A DNA stretch of 64,000 nt from a bacterium. Lineage in GTDB: Bacteria > RBG-13-61-14 > DATKZS01. A model generated the notes under the pieces. That model did no database searches. It was not told the origin of the DNA and saw only the letters and a list, made by a program, of their open reading frames with translations. The translations under genes and the position numbers were made by a program. The DNA is taken from positions 736,001-800,000 of the forward strand of contig CAXXFL010000005.1 in NCBI GenBank assembly GCA_963674965.2, in the 5' to 3' direction. Of the stretch, positions 47,526 to 57,993 are shown piece by piece. Numbering within the stretch: position 1 is the first letter of the stretch; every line of letters begins with the position of its first letter.

Positions 47526-48901
47526 TTGGACCCGCCGGTAAGATTGGCGATGAACGACCTCTTTTTCCCCAGGAAGAACCTTTCCACCTGGGGCAGGGTC
47601 TCGAGGAAGGTGAACACTATGCAGGAATCGTCCGGCTTAAGCTGGAAGTTGCCGTCGGGGATGATGACCTCGCCCTTCCTGACCACGCTGCCGATGATGG
47701 CGCCTTTGGGAAAGCCTATCTTCATGAGGGGAGCGCGGACTATTTTCGACTCGGGCTGGGCTATCATCTCGATGACCTCGGCCTTGCCCTCGGCGATGAC
47801 GGCGATGGTGGCCACGGCCCCGCTCCGGATATAAGTAAGGATTTTCTGGGCCACGAGCAGGCGGGGACTGATGGCCGCGTCGACCCCCAGCCGCTGGTAA
47901 ATGGACACGTAGTCCGACTTCTTGACCAGGGCGATGGTCTTCTTGGCCCCCAACGACTTGGCTAGCTGGCAGCTTATAAGGTTTTTCTCGTCCTCGCCCG
48001 AGGCCGCTATGAAAACGTCGGCGTGGTCGGCCCCCACCTCCTTGAGCAGGTTGACGTCGGTGCCGTCCCCGTGGAACACGACCACCTCGTCGAGTTCCTC
48101 GGAGAGGTACTCCGCCCTCTCCCTGTCCTCCTCGATGAGCTTGGTCCGAATCTCGGAGTACTCGATCGAGCGGGCCACGGAAAGCCCCAGGTCGCCGCCG
48201 CCCACGATCACCACCAGCCGGGGCCCTTCCTTTTTGCGGCCGCCGAACTTGTCCAGGCTGTCCATGGCGTCGGCGTGGCCGATGATGAGAAGCTCGTCGT
48301 CCTTTTGTATCTCCGTCTCGCCGTTGGGGATCATGATCTCGTTGGACCTGATCACGGCCGCCACCAGGGTCTGGCGGGGCATCCTGACCTTGGCCAGCTT
48401 GTTGCCCGCCCAGGGCGACTTCTCCGTGACCTGGACCTGCCTCATCTGTATCTGGCCGCCGGCGAAGTTCTCGACCGCCACCGCCTGCCTGGCCCGGACC
48501 AACTCGGCTATTTCCTGGGAGCAAAGCTCGATGGGCACGAGGATGGTGTCGATCCCGAGGGAGGTGGTGTAGAAATGGCGGTGGAAGCGAAGGTGCTCGG
48601 CCCTTTTGAACCTGACGATGGTCCGCTTGGCGCCCTGGACCTTGGCGAAGAAGGCCGCCAGCATGTTGACCTCGTCGCTGTTGGTCACGGCCAGCACGAT
48701 GTCGGCGCCCCAGGCCCCGGCTCGCTCGAGCACCCCGGCCGAGGCCCCGTGGCCGTAAACCACCTGCACGTCAAAGGCGTCCTCGATATAGTCCAGGCGA
48801 GGACGGTTGTCGTCCACCATGACGATCTGGTGGTTCTCCTGGCTGAACACGCGGGCAAGATGCAGCCCGACCTCGCCCGCCCCGATGATCAATATCTTCA
48901 T
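47522..48901 (-). CDS. trkA: Trk potassium uptake regulatory subunit
   Basis: Two RCK_N/RCK_C pairs; IIGAGEVG, VTNSDEVN, IVGGG..G. Confidence 0.96.
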   Translation of the reverse strand: MKILIIGAGEVGLHLARVFSQENHQIVMVDDNRPRLDYIEDAFDVQVVYGHGASAGVLERAGAWGADIVLAVTNSDEVNMLAAFFAKVQGAKRTIVRFKRAEHLRFHRHFYTTSLGIDTILVPIELCSQEIAELVRARQAVAVENFAGGQIQMRQVQVTEKSPWAGNKLAKVRMPRQTLVAAVIRSNEIMIPNGETEIQKDDELLIIGHADAMDSLDKFGGRKKEGPRLVVIVGGGDLGLSVARSIEYSEIRTKLIEEDRERAEYLSEELDEVVVFHGDGTDVNLLKEVGADHADVFIAASGEDEKNLISCQLAKSLGAKKTIALVKKSDYVSIYQRLGVDAAISPRLLVAQKILTYIRSGAVATIAVIAEGKAEVIEMIAQPESKIVRAPLMKIGFPKGAIIGSVVRKGEVIIPDGNFQLKPDDSCIVFTFLETLPQVERFFLGKKRSFIANLTGGSK

Positions 48902-49129
48902 GCTTCCTTCCGTATGGGTTATTATAATAGCCTTTGGCCCGGTCGCAAAAGAAAAATATGACTCGGCGCGAGCGGGCGGGACGGGCCGGAAACTCAGGTC
49001 CTCCGCTTGAAGGTATTTGGCGCCTTCCCGCTTCTTTTTTATCGATTCCGCGAGCGGCTATATCATTGATACGCGACAAGTGATATTTTATAAAGGCGCA
49101 AACGCGCGATTTTTTGCCGGTACCGGAAG

Positions 49130-50665
49130 TTGAATTTTAACAGGCTATTCAAGAACTCATTTTTCAATATTCTCGCCTTTATGGTGGGGATGGCCGCCAG
49201 CTTTCTCTTGTATCCTTTTTTGGTGGAGCGTCTTGGAGAATCCCGTTACGGGGTCTGGGCGCTTTTAAGTTCGGCCACCGGCTACCTGGGAGTTTTCGAC
49301 GCCGGTTTCGCCGCTTCCATCACCAAGTACGTGGCCCAGTACAAGGGACAGGACGACGTCCCGAGACTTCGCTCCGTTATCTGGGCCGGGACCAGGCTTT
49401 ATTTCCTCATTTCAATTCCGGCTGCCCTGGCGGCGGCGGTTTTTTATTTTATTTTTCCCATGATCTTTTCATTCGAGCCGGAACTCATGGAAGAGGCCCT
49501 TCCCGTTTTAGCCGTGGTCAGCGTTGACGTAGTCCTGTCCTTATGGTTCACCTCGGCCAAGGCGGCGCTAAACGGGCTGCAGAGATTCGACGTCACCTCG
49601 GGCCTGCATCCGCTCGCCACCCTGGCGCGCGCGGGAATCGTGGTGCTCCTGGTCCTTAACGGCCACGGGTTGTTGGGCCTGGGCGTAACCCTGCTGGCCG
49701 TAAACAGATGTTACGACCTTTTAATGCTGTATTTTCTGCGCCGCGAATTGAAAATTCTTACCCCCGGCGCCTCATCCGGAAAAATCGACAAAGTCGGCTT
49801 CGGGCTAATCGTGTCCTACAGCGCCTACGCCATCGTCTCCAATATCGCCAGCCGCCTCTTTTATTACACCGACAACTTTGTAATCGGCCTTATGCTGACT
49901 TCCGCTCATATTACGCATTTCGTGTTGGCCTTCACCCTGATCAATATTATAAGGAACCTTACCGACCAGTTGATGCGCGTCATGATGCCCGCGGTCAGCG
50001 AGATATCCACTCTTGGCGAGGAAGAAGCCGGCGAAAAGCTCCGGAAGATGTTCACCTCCGGCTCGAGGTTCGCGGGCGCCTTTTCCCTGCCTCTTCTCAT
50101 GATTCTTCTAGTGACGGGAAACTCCTTTATCCGGGCCTGGATGGGACCGGGGTTTGAGGACTCATACTGGTGCCTGGTGGTCATGGCCGTTCCCCAAATT
50201 TGGATACTTAGCCAAAACGTGGGCATCAAGATAATTTTCGGCCTGGGCGAGCATAAAAATTACAGTCTTTATTCTTTAGCCGTCGCCATTTTAAATCTGG
50301 CGATTTCCCTGGCACTTGCTCCATACCTGGGCATCTTAGGGGTCGCCTTCGGCACCGCGGCCCCCATTTTTATTGGAAGGCTTTACATGGACGCCTATTT
50401 CGAGCGAATATTGAAAATCCATATGCCCTCTTATTATTGGCAAACGTGGCGCCGGCTCGGTCCGTTGGGTATAATATTCGGGTGCCTGCTTTACGTCCAG
50501 TTTATTTACCTCGATCCGAGGGGCCTTATCTGGCATCTGGCCATCTATGGCGTCAACTTTGCCGCTTTCGAGGCGGCGGCCTTTTTCCTCGTCCTCGAGC
50601 CGGGCGAAAAGAGGCTGTTTATCGGAGTATACCGCGCTTTGGAAAAGAGGATTAAAAATGCATGA
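49130..50665 (+). CDS. Wzx-like polysaccharide flippase
   Basis: 12-14 TM segments; LG...YGVW.L, D.G...SITKYVA. Confidence 0.85.
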   Translation: MNFNRLFKNSFFNILAFMVGMAASFLLYPFLVERLGESRYGVWALLSSATGYLGVFDAGFAASITKYVAQYKGQDDVPRLRSVIWAGTRLYFLISIPAALAAAVFYFIFPMIFSFEPELMEEALPVLAVVSVDVVLSLWFTSAKAALNGLQRFDVTSGLHPLATLARAGIVVLLVLNGHGLLGLGVTLLAVNRCYDLLMLYFLRRELKILTPGASSGKIDKVGFGLIVSYSAYAIVSNIASRLFYYTDNFVIGLMLTSAHITHFVLAFTLINIIRNLTDQLMRVMMPAVSEISTLGEEEAGEKLRKMFTSGSRFAGAFSLPLLMILLVTGNSFIRAWMGPGFEDSYWCLVVMAVPQIWILSQNVGIKIIFGLGEHKNYSLYSLAVAILNLAISLALAPYLGILGVAFGTAAPIFIGRLYMDAYFERILKIHMPSYYWQTWRRLGPLGIIFGCLLYVQFIYLDPRGLIWHLAIYGVNFAAFEAAAFFLVLEPGEKRLFIGVYRALEKRIKNA

Positions 50666-51332
50666 CTCGGCAAACGCCGGCTTCACGCCTTCCACGGACA
50701 CGGCCATAATCGCCTGCGCCGGCCGGGGCTCGCGTCTAGGGCACAGCATTCCCAAGTCGTGCGTCGAAGTCGGCGGCAAGACCCTTATTCAATGGCAGCT
50801 CGAGGCCCTCTCGAGCATGAGGCAGGTCGTGGCCGTGGTGGGTTACAGGCACAACTTCGTAATCGATGAAATACTGACGCATACGCGCAGAATAACCCTG
50901 GTGGTCAACAAGGAATGGGCCGACACCAACACCGCTTACTCTCTTTCGCTCGCTTGCGATCTTTTCGAGCCGGAAAAGCGCGTGCTGACCATCGATGGGG
51001 ACACGCTTTTCAGCGCCCGGGCCGTTGAAAGCATGCTCCGTTACGACAAGGCCGCGGGTTGGACCGCTCCCATGAGCGACGAGGGAGTGTTTATCGAGAC
51101 GGATAAAAACGATCGGGTCACTGGATTTACGAGGGAGAAAAACACGGGCATGGAATGGACCGGCATGGCCATCATGCCCGCGGGCGCGTATCGGGACAGG
51201 CCCAACTGCTTCGTGTATCAGGTGATCGAGAAGCGTCTTCCCGTCCAGGCCGTTTCCATTGACCTGGTCGAGATTGACACGCCCGACGATCTCGATCGGG
51301 CAAGGCAATGGATCAAAGGGGCCATGGAATAA
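50658..51332 (+). CDS. NTP transferase (phosphocholine/phosphonate cytidylyltransferase-like)
   Basis: ACAGRGSRLG..IPK, VVGY, NTAYSL, DGD, EIDTPDDL. Confidence 0.8.
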   Translation: MHDSANAGFTPSTDTAIIACAGRGSRLGHSIPKSCVEVGGKTLIQWQLEALSSMRQVVAVVGYRHNFVIDEILTHTRRITLVVNKEWADTNTAYSLSLACDLFEPEKRVLTIDGDTLFSARAVESMLRYDKAAGWTAPMSDEGVFIETDKNDRVTGFTREKNTGMEWTGMAIMPAGAYRDRPNCFVYQVIEKRLPVQAVSIDLVEIDTPDDLDRARQWIKGAME

Positions 51333-51368
51333 CCGCTTAAACGTCCCTGACGTACAACCCCGGCGCTT

Positions 51369-52172
51369 ATGGACACGGCAATGCTGGAATATAATAAAAT
51401 AGAGGAATATTGGGATAAAAACGCCGCCAATTTCGCGGAAAAAGCGGGCATGCCCGACAACTTCAGCGGCCCAATGGGGGCCCTTTACAGAACAAGGCGG
51501 GAATGGAGGCATTTCCTGAAAATCGTAAGCCCGCGTCCCGACTGGGTCGTGCTCGACATGGGCTGCGGCGCGGGCCGCTGGGATTTCCCTCTCGCGTCCA
51601 TGGTCAAGTTCATACGCGCCGTCGACCTCAGCGCCAACATGATCGGCCTGGCGGAAAAAGAAAAAGAAAAGAGGGGAATTTCCAATATCGAGTTCGTCAA
51701 GTCCTCGATCATGGATTTCGACCCGCCTGAAAAATACGACTTGATTTATTTGAGCGGCATGCTTAATTTCCTCGAGGATGAGGACGTGGAAAAAGCCTTT
51801 GCCAGGATTATACCGGCCTTGAAAACAGGCGGCCAGTTACTCAGCCGCGATGGGATCAGACCGGCCGGCCGGAAAGTCAGGGGGGGCGATTATCCCGTTA
51901 TTCACCGCCCGCTTGAGGAATATACCGCCTTCTTTGAAAAAGAAGGTTTTTGCCTTAAATACGACGCGGACAGCTATGTCCGGCCGCGAGCCGACGAGCG
52001 CTTTAACAAAACTTTTTCCCGAGAGTGGCAGCTTGCCCATCCCCGGATCGGGTCCGCCGTCTTCGAGGCCCTCGAGTATCTAGCCCAAGCGCTGGTTAAA
52101 ACCGGTTTTCTTGCCCCTTTGCCTCCAAGCGAATACAGGCACATGTTCCTGCTTTTCGAAAGAGTTGAATGA
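51369..52172 (+). CDS. Class I SAM-dependent methyltransferase
   Basis: VLDMGCGAGRW, YDLI, LKTGG. Confidence 0.85.
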   Translation: MDTAMLEYNKIEEYWDKNAANFAEKAGMPDNFSGPMGALYRTRREWRHFLKIVSPRPDWVVLDMGCGAGRWDFPLASMVKFIRAVDLSANMIGLAEKEKEKRGISNIEFVKSSIMDFDPPEKYDLIYLSGMLNFLEDEDVEKAFARIIPALKTGGQLLSRDGIRPAGRKVRGGDYPVIHRPLEEYTAFFEKEGFCLKYDADSYVRPRADERFNKTFSREWQLAHPRIGSAVFEALEYLAQALVKTGFLAPLPPSEYRHMFLLFERVE

Positions 52173-53384
52173 ATGACGCGCGGGTTCGTCAACTTAGCCC
52201 TTCACTACTCCAGGCTGGCTCCCTATTATCCCCGTTTCTTCGCCTCCTTTCTACTTTATCTTTCGGCTTTAATTAACAAGCGTCCCGTCATGATCGTATA
52301 CGTCCCCTACGCCGGGCACTATACCTACGTCGGACCAATATTGGATGAAGCCGCCAAAGGTCCTCGACCTCTCGTGCTATTCGCCGCGAGATTCAACGAT
52401 CCCACAAGACCCCAGGAGGCCATAGCAAAAAAAGGATTCTCTTCCCTGACGATATTCCATTATCCTCTTGTAAGACTGATACCCAGATGCGACGTATTTA
52501 TAACTCCCACGCAATTCATTCATTATTGGCCACGTAAGACCCGGCATATTGTTTGTATCTTTCATGGACTTCCCAGCAAGGGCAACACTTTCAAGGCCGA
52601 CTCGATGAAGCTTTTCACCGACCTTTTTTTCGTCGGGCCCAGTCATCGGAAGATGTATGAGGAAAAATACCTAAGCCAAAATCCCAACTCCCGAATCAAT
52701 ACCCACGACGTTGGATATCCCAGGCTGGACGCTTTGCTTTCCGGGAGGTTAGACCCTTCGGACTTCCGAATAAAATATAACGTTCCCGACGACAAGCCGG
52801 TGGTGGTGTACGCTCCATCCTTCGAGGAAGGGACCTCACTAAGAGAAAACGGCGTGGCCATCATAGAAAAGCTACTCGAACTGCCGGCCACGATTTTGGT
52901 CAAGCCCCACCCCATGTTGTATGGAGAACTGGCCAGCATGCAATTTACGGGGGGTATAGACTGGTTCAAGGAAATAGAATCCATCGGCAAGACGGAAAAC
53001 TTCCGCCACGTGACCGATCTGGATTTAACCCCTTGCCTGGCGGTGGCCGACGTAATGGTAACCGACGTGAGCGGAGCCGCCCTGGAGTTCATGATGGCGA
53101 CCAAGCCGGTCGTCTTTTTCGATTGCCCGCGGTTTTATTTCGAGTATCTGCCCAGGTTCTGGGGTATAGATGGAAATGAGGCATTGAAAGATATAACCAC
53201 CAACGCGGGGAGGGACTACGGGGTCGTCGTAAAGAATTTCGAGGAAATGAACGAGGCGGTTCTAATGGCCATAAAAGGACGGTCAACCTCCGTTTTGCCC
53301 CGTCCGGAGGAATTGGTTTACAACCCCGGCCGCGGCGGCCAACGGGCCTGGCGCATCCTGGCGGATTTTATGGGTCTTACATGA
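52173..53384 (+). CDS. CDP-glycerol glycerophosphotransferase (TagF-like)
   Basis: FHG, GYPRLD, YAPSF, KPHP, D...TD.S. Confidence 0.82.
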   Translation: MTRGFVNLALHYSRLAPYYPRFFASFLLYLSALINKRPVMIVYVPYAGHYTYVGPILDEAAKGPRPLVLFAARFNDPTRPQEAIAKKGFSSLTIFHYPLVRLIPRCDVFITPTQFIHYWPRKTRHIVCIFHGLPSKGNTFKADSMKLFTDLFFVGPSHRKMYEEKYLSQNPNSRINTHDVGYPRLDALLSGRLDPSDFRIKYNVPDDKPVVVYAPSFEEGTSLRENGVAIIEKLLELPATILVKPHPMLYGELASMQFTGGIDWFKEIESIGKTENFRHVTDLDLTPCLAVADVMVTDVSGAALEFMMATKPVVFFDCPRFYFEYLPRFWGIDGNEALKDITTNAGRDYGVVVKNFEEMNEAVLMAIKGRSTSVLPRPEELVYNPGRGGQRAWRILADFMGLT

Positions 53385-53442
53385 AAAAGGTTATTAACCT
53401 CGGCGAGCCGGCGCTCCGCCATCCGAAGGAAAAGGACGTCCG

Positions 53443-54705
53443 ATGAGAGTGGCGGTAATTGTAAACTCTTTTCCCTCCATTTCCGAGACATTCATATTCT
53501 ATCAGGTAATCGGAGCGGTGGCGGCCGGAAACGAAATCGATATTTTTGCCAGATCGCCCGTAAAAGTCTCCCTCGAGCACCCTTTAGTCGAGAAGTGCGG
53601 ACTATTGGATAAAATTGAGTACTTCGACTTAAGGCCAAGGAATAAAATAGCGCGAGCGGTCAAAGCGGTCCCCCTTGTCCTGCAAACGGCCCGGAGGTCG
53701 CCTGGACCGGCGCTGCGTTCTCTGAACCCCATCGCTTTCGGTATTTCCTCCGTCAACCTCGAACTTCCCTACGCGGCGGCGGCCTTTTGCGGCAAGGGAA
53801 GCTATGACGTCATTCACGCGCATTACGGTCATAATGGATTGCTCGCCGTTATGCTAAACCGCGCCAAAGCCGTATCGGCGCCCGTAATCACGGAGTTTTT
53901 AGGATACGACCTCAGCAGGGAGCTCATCGAGAAGGGAGACGACGTTTATAAAGCCCTGTTTCAGGATGGGGCCCTTTTCATGACCGTGTGTCAATATTTC
54001 GCCGACCGCCTTAAAAGGATTGGGTGCCCACCGCAAAAGATCGTCGTCCACCGAAGCGGTATCGACTTATCAAGGTTCGAGTTTCGTCCGAGAAAGCCCA
54101 AAGAAGGCCGATCTGTAAAATTCTTCAGCGTATGCCGGCTGGTGGAAAAAAAGGGAGTCGAGTTCATGATCAGGGCGGTGGCCGCGGCCGCCGCCAAGCG
54201 TCCCGACCTCGAGATATCTTACGACGTCGTGGGCCACGGGGAGCTTCATCGGCAACTTGACGATTTGATTGGAGGACTGGGAGCGCGCCGCCAGGTCCGC
54301 CTCCTGGGACCAAAGCCCCTCGACGAGGTGGCCCGACTCGAGGCCGACTCTCACGTTTTCATGCAGGCCAGCGTCCGGGCGTCCTCCGGGGACGAGGAGG
54401 GCATTCCCAACTCGATCATGGAGGCCATGGCCTCGGGCATGCCCGTGATCGCCACCAGACATTCGGGCATACCCGAGCTGGTCGAGGACGGAGTTACAGG
54501 GATACTGGTCCCCGAGAGGGACGTGGACGCCCTGGAAAGAGCGATCCTGGAAATAGTCGACAATCCCCAAAGATGGCCGCAAATGGGAAAAAAAGGAAGA
54601 GAAAAAGTCATGGCCGAACACGACTCGGCAAAACTAAATGAACGACTTCTTGAAATATACAAATCAACGGCCGAAAACTATAAAGCCGCCCAAAAACCGA
54701 GATAG
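53443..54705 (+). CDS. GT4 glycosyltransferase (WcaL-like)
   Basis: FP..SETFI, HAHYG, RLVEKKG, EGIP..IMEAMA.G.PV..T.HSGIPEL. Confidence 0.9.
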   Translation: MRVAVIVNSFPSISETFIFYQVIGAVAAGNEIDIFARSPVKVSLEHPLVEKCGLLDKIEYFDLRPRNKIARAVKAVPLVLQTARRSPGPALRSLNPIAFGISSVNLELPYAAAAFCGKGSYDVIHAHYGHNGLLAVMLNRAKAVSAPVITEFLGYDLSRELIEKGDDVYKALFQDGALFMTVCQYFADRLKRIGCPPQKIVVHRSGIDLSRFEFRPRKPKEGRSVKFFSVCRLVEKKGVEFMIRAVAAAAAKRPDLEISYDVVGHGELHRQLDDLIGGLGARRQVRLLGPKPLDEVARLEADSHVFMQASVRASSGDEEGIPNSIMEAMASGMPVIATRHSGIPELVEDGVTGILVPERDVDALERAILEIVDNPQRWPQMGKKGREKVMAEHDSAKLNERLLEIYKSTAENYKAAQKPR

Positions 54706-54924
54706 ATGGACTTTTCCCGCTTGCATCCTTTTTTGGTTGCCCGGCATCATAAAGGGGTAAGCTCGAATAAAAACCCGGCCACGCCCGACTTTGAAGGCGC
54801 GATGAGGGTGTGCTAATTTAATTGTGAGAGGAGCGCGGCCAGAATCCGACCTCGAAGCTCGCCGGCGGAGGCCGGAGGGAAGATTTCGAGGCGGACTTGT
54901 GAGCGCGCTTTAACCGGACGAGAG

Positions 54925-56514
54925 ATGTCGGAACAAACCTATAATTCCATGGGGGGCTCGGGCTCGGGCAAGAGCATAGACTTACGTCACCGTGAGGCTT
55001 CCCTTTTGGAGTTGGCCAAGGCTTTGCGCGCCATTTCGATATATCCGCCACGTCATCCTCAGCGGGCGAATATAGTGGGCCAGGCCTACGGCAACGTCCA
55101 GGTCGCGCTCCAGATGCTCGGCGACATGGCCTTTGGCGTGACTCGGGGGTACTTTACCCACGGCGAGCACAAGCTGGGAGAATCCCAGCAGATGATCCGG
55201 GAGCTGGCCCACGAGATACACCTTCGCCAGATACGGAGCTTCTCTTTGCGCGCCGACCTTTCGCTCGACGACTTTACCGTCTTTCTCGAGCTGCTTCTCC
55301 AGGACCCGGAGGAGTTCAGAAAGGGAAAATATATCGAGAGATGGCTCGGGGCCAGGGGGGTCAGGACCCTTTGGGTCAACGAGATCGACTTCTCCAAGAT
55401 GGTAACCGCGGCCGGCGAGGCCGAGGACGGCGAGGAGGAAATGGACGACTCTTGCGCCCCCGCCGACTCTCACGCCCTCGAGGCCCTCGAGCTTCTCGAC
55501 GCGGAGAACGACCCGGAAAAGGTGGGCCAGCTTCTGCGCGAGATCGAGGTCCTGGCGCGGCCGCTGATCGACGCGGGCGAGTACCAGCCGGCCTGGTATA
55601 TTACGGCCCACGTCTCCTTCCACGCCACCGAGGAAAGAAGGCCGGGGGAAAAGGGCGAACAGATAAGGGCAATGGCCCTCCGGACCGTCAAGGCCCTGGC
55701 GCGGGAAAAATTTCTCACCGATCTTCTGAGAAGATACGCCGACCCGGGCGAGCAGCAAAAGCCCCCCCTCCGCCGGGCTCTCAGGCAGGTGGAGAGGCCG
55801 GCCCTCGAGGCGGCGGCCGACCTTTTAGCGGATCGGGAGGCCATGACGGCCTACAAGCCCCTCATGGACTTCATGATCGAGCTGGGCCCGGCCGCGAGAC
55901 CCGTGATCGAGAGCCAGCTTAAGGAGGACGACCCGGTACGACTGCGCAAGATGCTTTTCATTTTGGGCGAGATCAAGGACAGGAAGTCGGTCGAGGCCAT
56001 CAAGCCCTGTCTTTACTCGGAGGATAAAAAGGCCCGGCGCGAGGCCATTCGGGCCTTGTCGAAAATACGGGGCATGGAGGCCAGCCGGGCCCTGGTGGGA
56101 GCCCTGCAAAAGGAAAAAGAGATCGACTCCAGGACCTTTATCGTGCAGTCCCTTGGCGAGAGCAAGGACCTGGCCGCCGTGCCGGTACTTATCAACTCCC
56201 TGCGCAAGACCCCCCTCAGGGAAGACACCCTTCCCTTGATGGAGGAGGTCATCAAGGCCCTGGGCGCCATCGGCTCGAGGGAGGCGGTCCCTCATTTGAT
56301 CAAGGTCCTTAACCGGTGGACCCTTTTCGGCAAGGAACTCAACCAGGCGCTTCGAATCAGGGCGGCCGAGGCCCTGGGGGCCCTGGGCGGCGAGTCGGCC
56401 ATGCAGGCGCTGGCCCGCTACGCTGGAAAGGACGACGACCCCTTCAGGAAAAAATGCACCGAGGTCCTGGAAACCCTTCTTCAAGTCGACGGAAATCCGA
56501 CGGGCGGTTTTTAG
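54925..56514 (+). CDS. HEAT-repeat protein
   Basis: Repeated ALG.IG...AVP.LI units; N-terminal YP..HP domain. Confidence 0.8.
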   Translation: MSEQTYNSMGGSGSGKSIDLRHREASLLELAKALRAISIYPPRHPQRANIVGQAYGNVQVALQMLGDMAFGVTRGYFTHGEHKLGESQQMIRELAHEIHLRQIRSFSLRADLSLDDFTVFLELLLQDPEEFRKGKYIERWLGARGVRTLWVNEIDFSKMVTAAGEAEDGEEEMDDSCAPADSHALEALELLDAENDPEKVGQLLREIEVLARPLIDAGEYQPAWYITAHVSFHATEERRPGEKGEQIRAMALRTVKALAREKFLTDLLRRYADPGEQQKPPLRRALRQVERPALEAAADLLADREAMTAYKPLMDFMIELGPAARPVIESQLKEDDPVRLRKMLFILGEIKDRKSVEAIKPCLYSEDKKARREAIRALSKIRGMEASRALVGALQKEKEIDSRTFIVQSLGESKDLAAVPVLINSLRKTPLREDTLPLMEEVIKALGAIGSREAVPHLIKVLNRWTLFGKELNQALRIRAAEALGALGGESAMQALARYAGKDDDPFRKKCTEVLETLLQVDGNPTGGF

Positions 56515-56525
56515 GAGACAAGGGC

Positions 56526-57857
56526 ATGAACGAAATCCCCAAGGAATCACTCGAGGCCGTCCTGATATCGCTCTTGTCGGCGGTCAAGAGCATGCAGTTC
56601 TACCCCCGGGAACATCCCTCCGTGCAAAAGCCGCTGCGCAAAAGCTACGACCTTTTGGCCGAGCTTTTGCGCCTCAATCCCATGATGACCCTGGGAATAG
56701 TCGACGAGGTGCTAGTGTTCGAGGGCGTGCCCTTTTACGACAAGGGGCAGTCCATACAGGAAATCCAGCGGCGCTTCGAGGAAAGGCAGATAAACGCCCT
56801 CGAGCTTCACGACGGTCTTTCCCTCGAGGAGTTCACCGCCTTTATTGGGCTTCTCAACGACGACCCGGAGGAAGTGAAAACGCTTGGCGGCCTGAGCAAG
56901 GGCCTTAACGAGAGGGGCATCGAGCACATCAAGGCCAAGGACGCCGTCGAGGTGTATCATAACGCCATCGACGCGGTGGGCGAGGTGCTTCAGGAGGCCA
57001 GGATGGGCCGCATTCCCAAGGCGGGAAGAGCGAGGAACGCGGTGGCCGACCTTAAAAGACTGGTGCTCTCGGACAACCCGACCCTCCTGGCCCTGACCCT
57101 TATCAAAAGCTACGACAACTATCTGTTCAATCACTCGGTCAACGTCAGCGTGCTGGCCCTGTCCCTCGCCCACGGCATGGGCGTGCCCGACCTGGACGTG
57201 AGCGACGTCGGCCTGGCCGGGCTTTTGCACGACATAGGGAAAACCCTTACCCCCAAGTCCATCATCCTCAAGCCCGGCAAACTCAACGACGACGAATGGC
57301 GGGTCATGCGCATGCACCCGGTCAAGAGCGCCGAGATAGTCGAGCAGATGGAGGGCATAAGCCCGCTCGTGGCCCGCATGGTCAGGGAGCACCACGTGTC
57401 CTTCGACCGGCGCGGGTATCCCCAGCTCGAGCCCGGCGAGAACCCCCATCATTACTCGAAGATCATCACCGTGGCCGACTGCTACGACGCCATCACCACC
57501 CTCAGACCCTACCAGAAGCCTTTCCACCCCCGGGAGGCCATGAAAATAATGGAAAGGCTCTCGGGCACAGTCATCGATCCCAAGTACTATGAGGAGTTCG
57601 TCAAGATACTGGGCATCTTTCCCATCGGCTCACTCGTCAGGCTCGATACCAACGAGATCGCCGTGGTGCTCGAGACCTTCGCCGAGGCCCCCCTCGCCCC
57701 CAAGATCAGGATCATGTTCGATCCCGACGGCAGGCCGCTGCCCACCAAGATCGACGTGGACCTGTCATGCCCCGAGTCCTATCCGGGAGACCCCAAGTTC
57801 ATCGTCAGCACCGTGGACCCGCTCCTTTACAACGTGGACACGGAAAGCATCGCCTAA
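56526..57857 (+). CDS. HD-GYP c-di-GMP phosphodiesterase
   Basis: HSVNV, LHDIGK, HH...D..GYP, D.YDA....RPY. Start ATG 56526. Confidence 0.9.
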   Translation: MNEIPKESLEAVLISLLSAVKSMQFYPREHPSVQKPLRKSYDLLAELLRLNPMMTLGIVDEVLVFEGVPFYDKGQSIQEIQRRFEERQINALELHDGLSLEEFTAFIGLLNDDPEEVKTLGGLSKGLNERGIEHIKAKDAVEVYHNAIDAVGEVLQEARMGRIPKAGRARNAVADLKRLVLSDNPTLLALTLIKSYDNYLFNHSVNVSVLALSLAHGMGVPDLDVSDVGLAGLLHDIGKTLTPKSIILKPGKLNDDEWRVMRMHPVKSAEIVEQMEGISPLVARMVREHHVSFDRRGYPQLEPGENPHHYSKIITVADCYDAITTLRPYQKPFHPREAMKIMERLSGTVIDPKYYEEFVKILGIFPIGSLVRLDTNEIAVVLETFAEAPLAPKIRIMFDPDGRPLPTKIDVDLSCPESYPGDPKFIVSTVDPLLYNVDTESIA

Positions 57858-57993
57858 CCCTCGCCCTTTCCAACCTGGACCGGACCATCCACGCGGGCGC
57901 GGCGGACATGAAGGAGAAACGCGAGTATTGGGACAGACAGGGCCTGACCTATCACTAAGAGAAACCCATCGCGGCGGAGCCAAAGGGCCGGGT

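Noticed and set aside
57858-57958. Short ORF ending MKEKREYWDRQGLTYH
   Set aside because: Too short, no clear RBS; at most a gene remnant.
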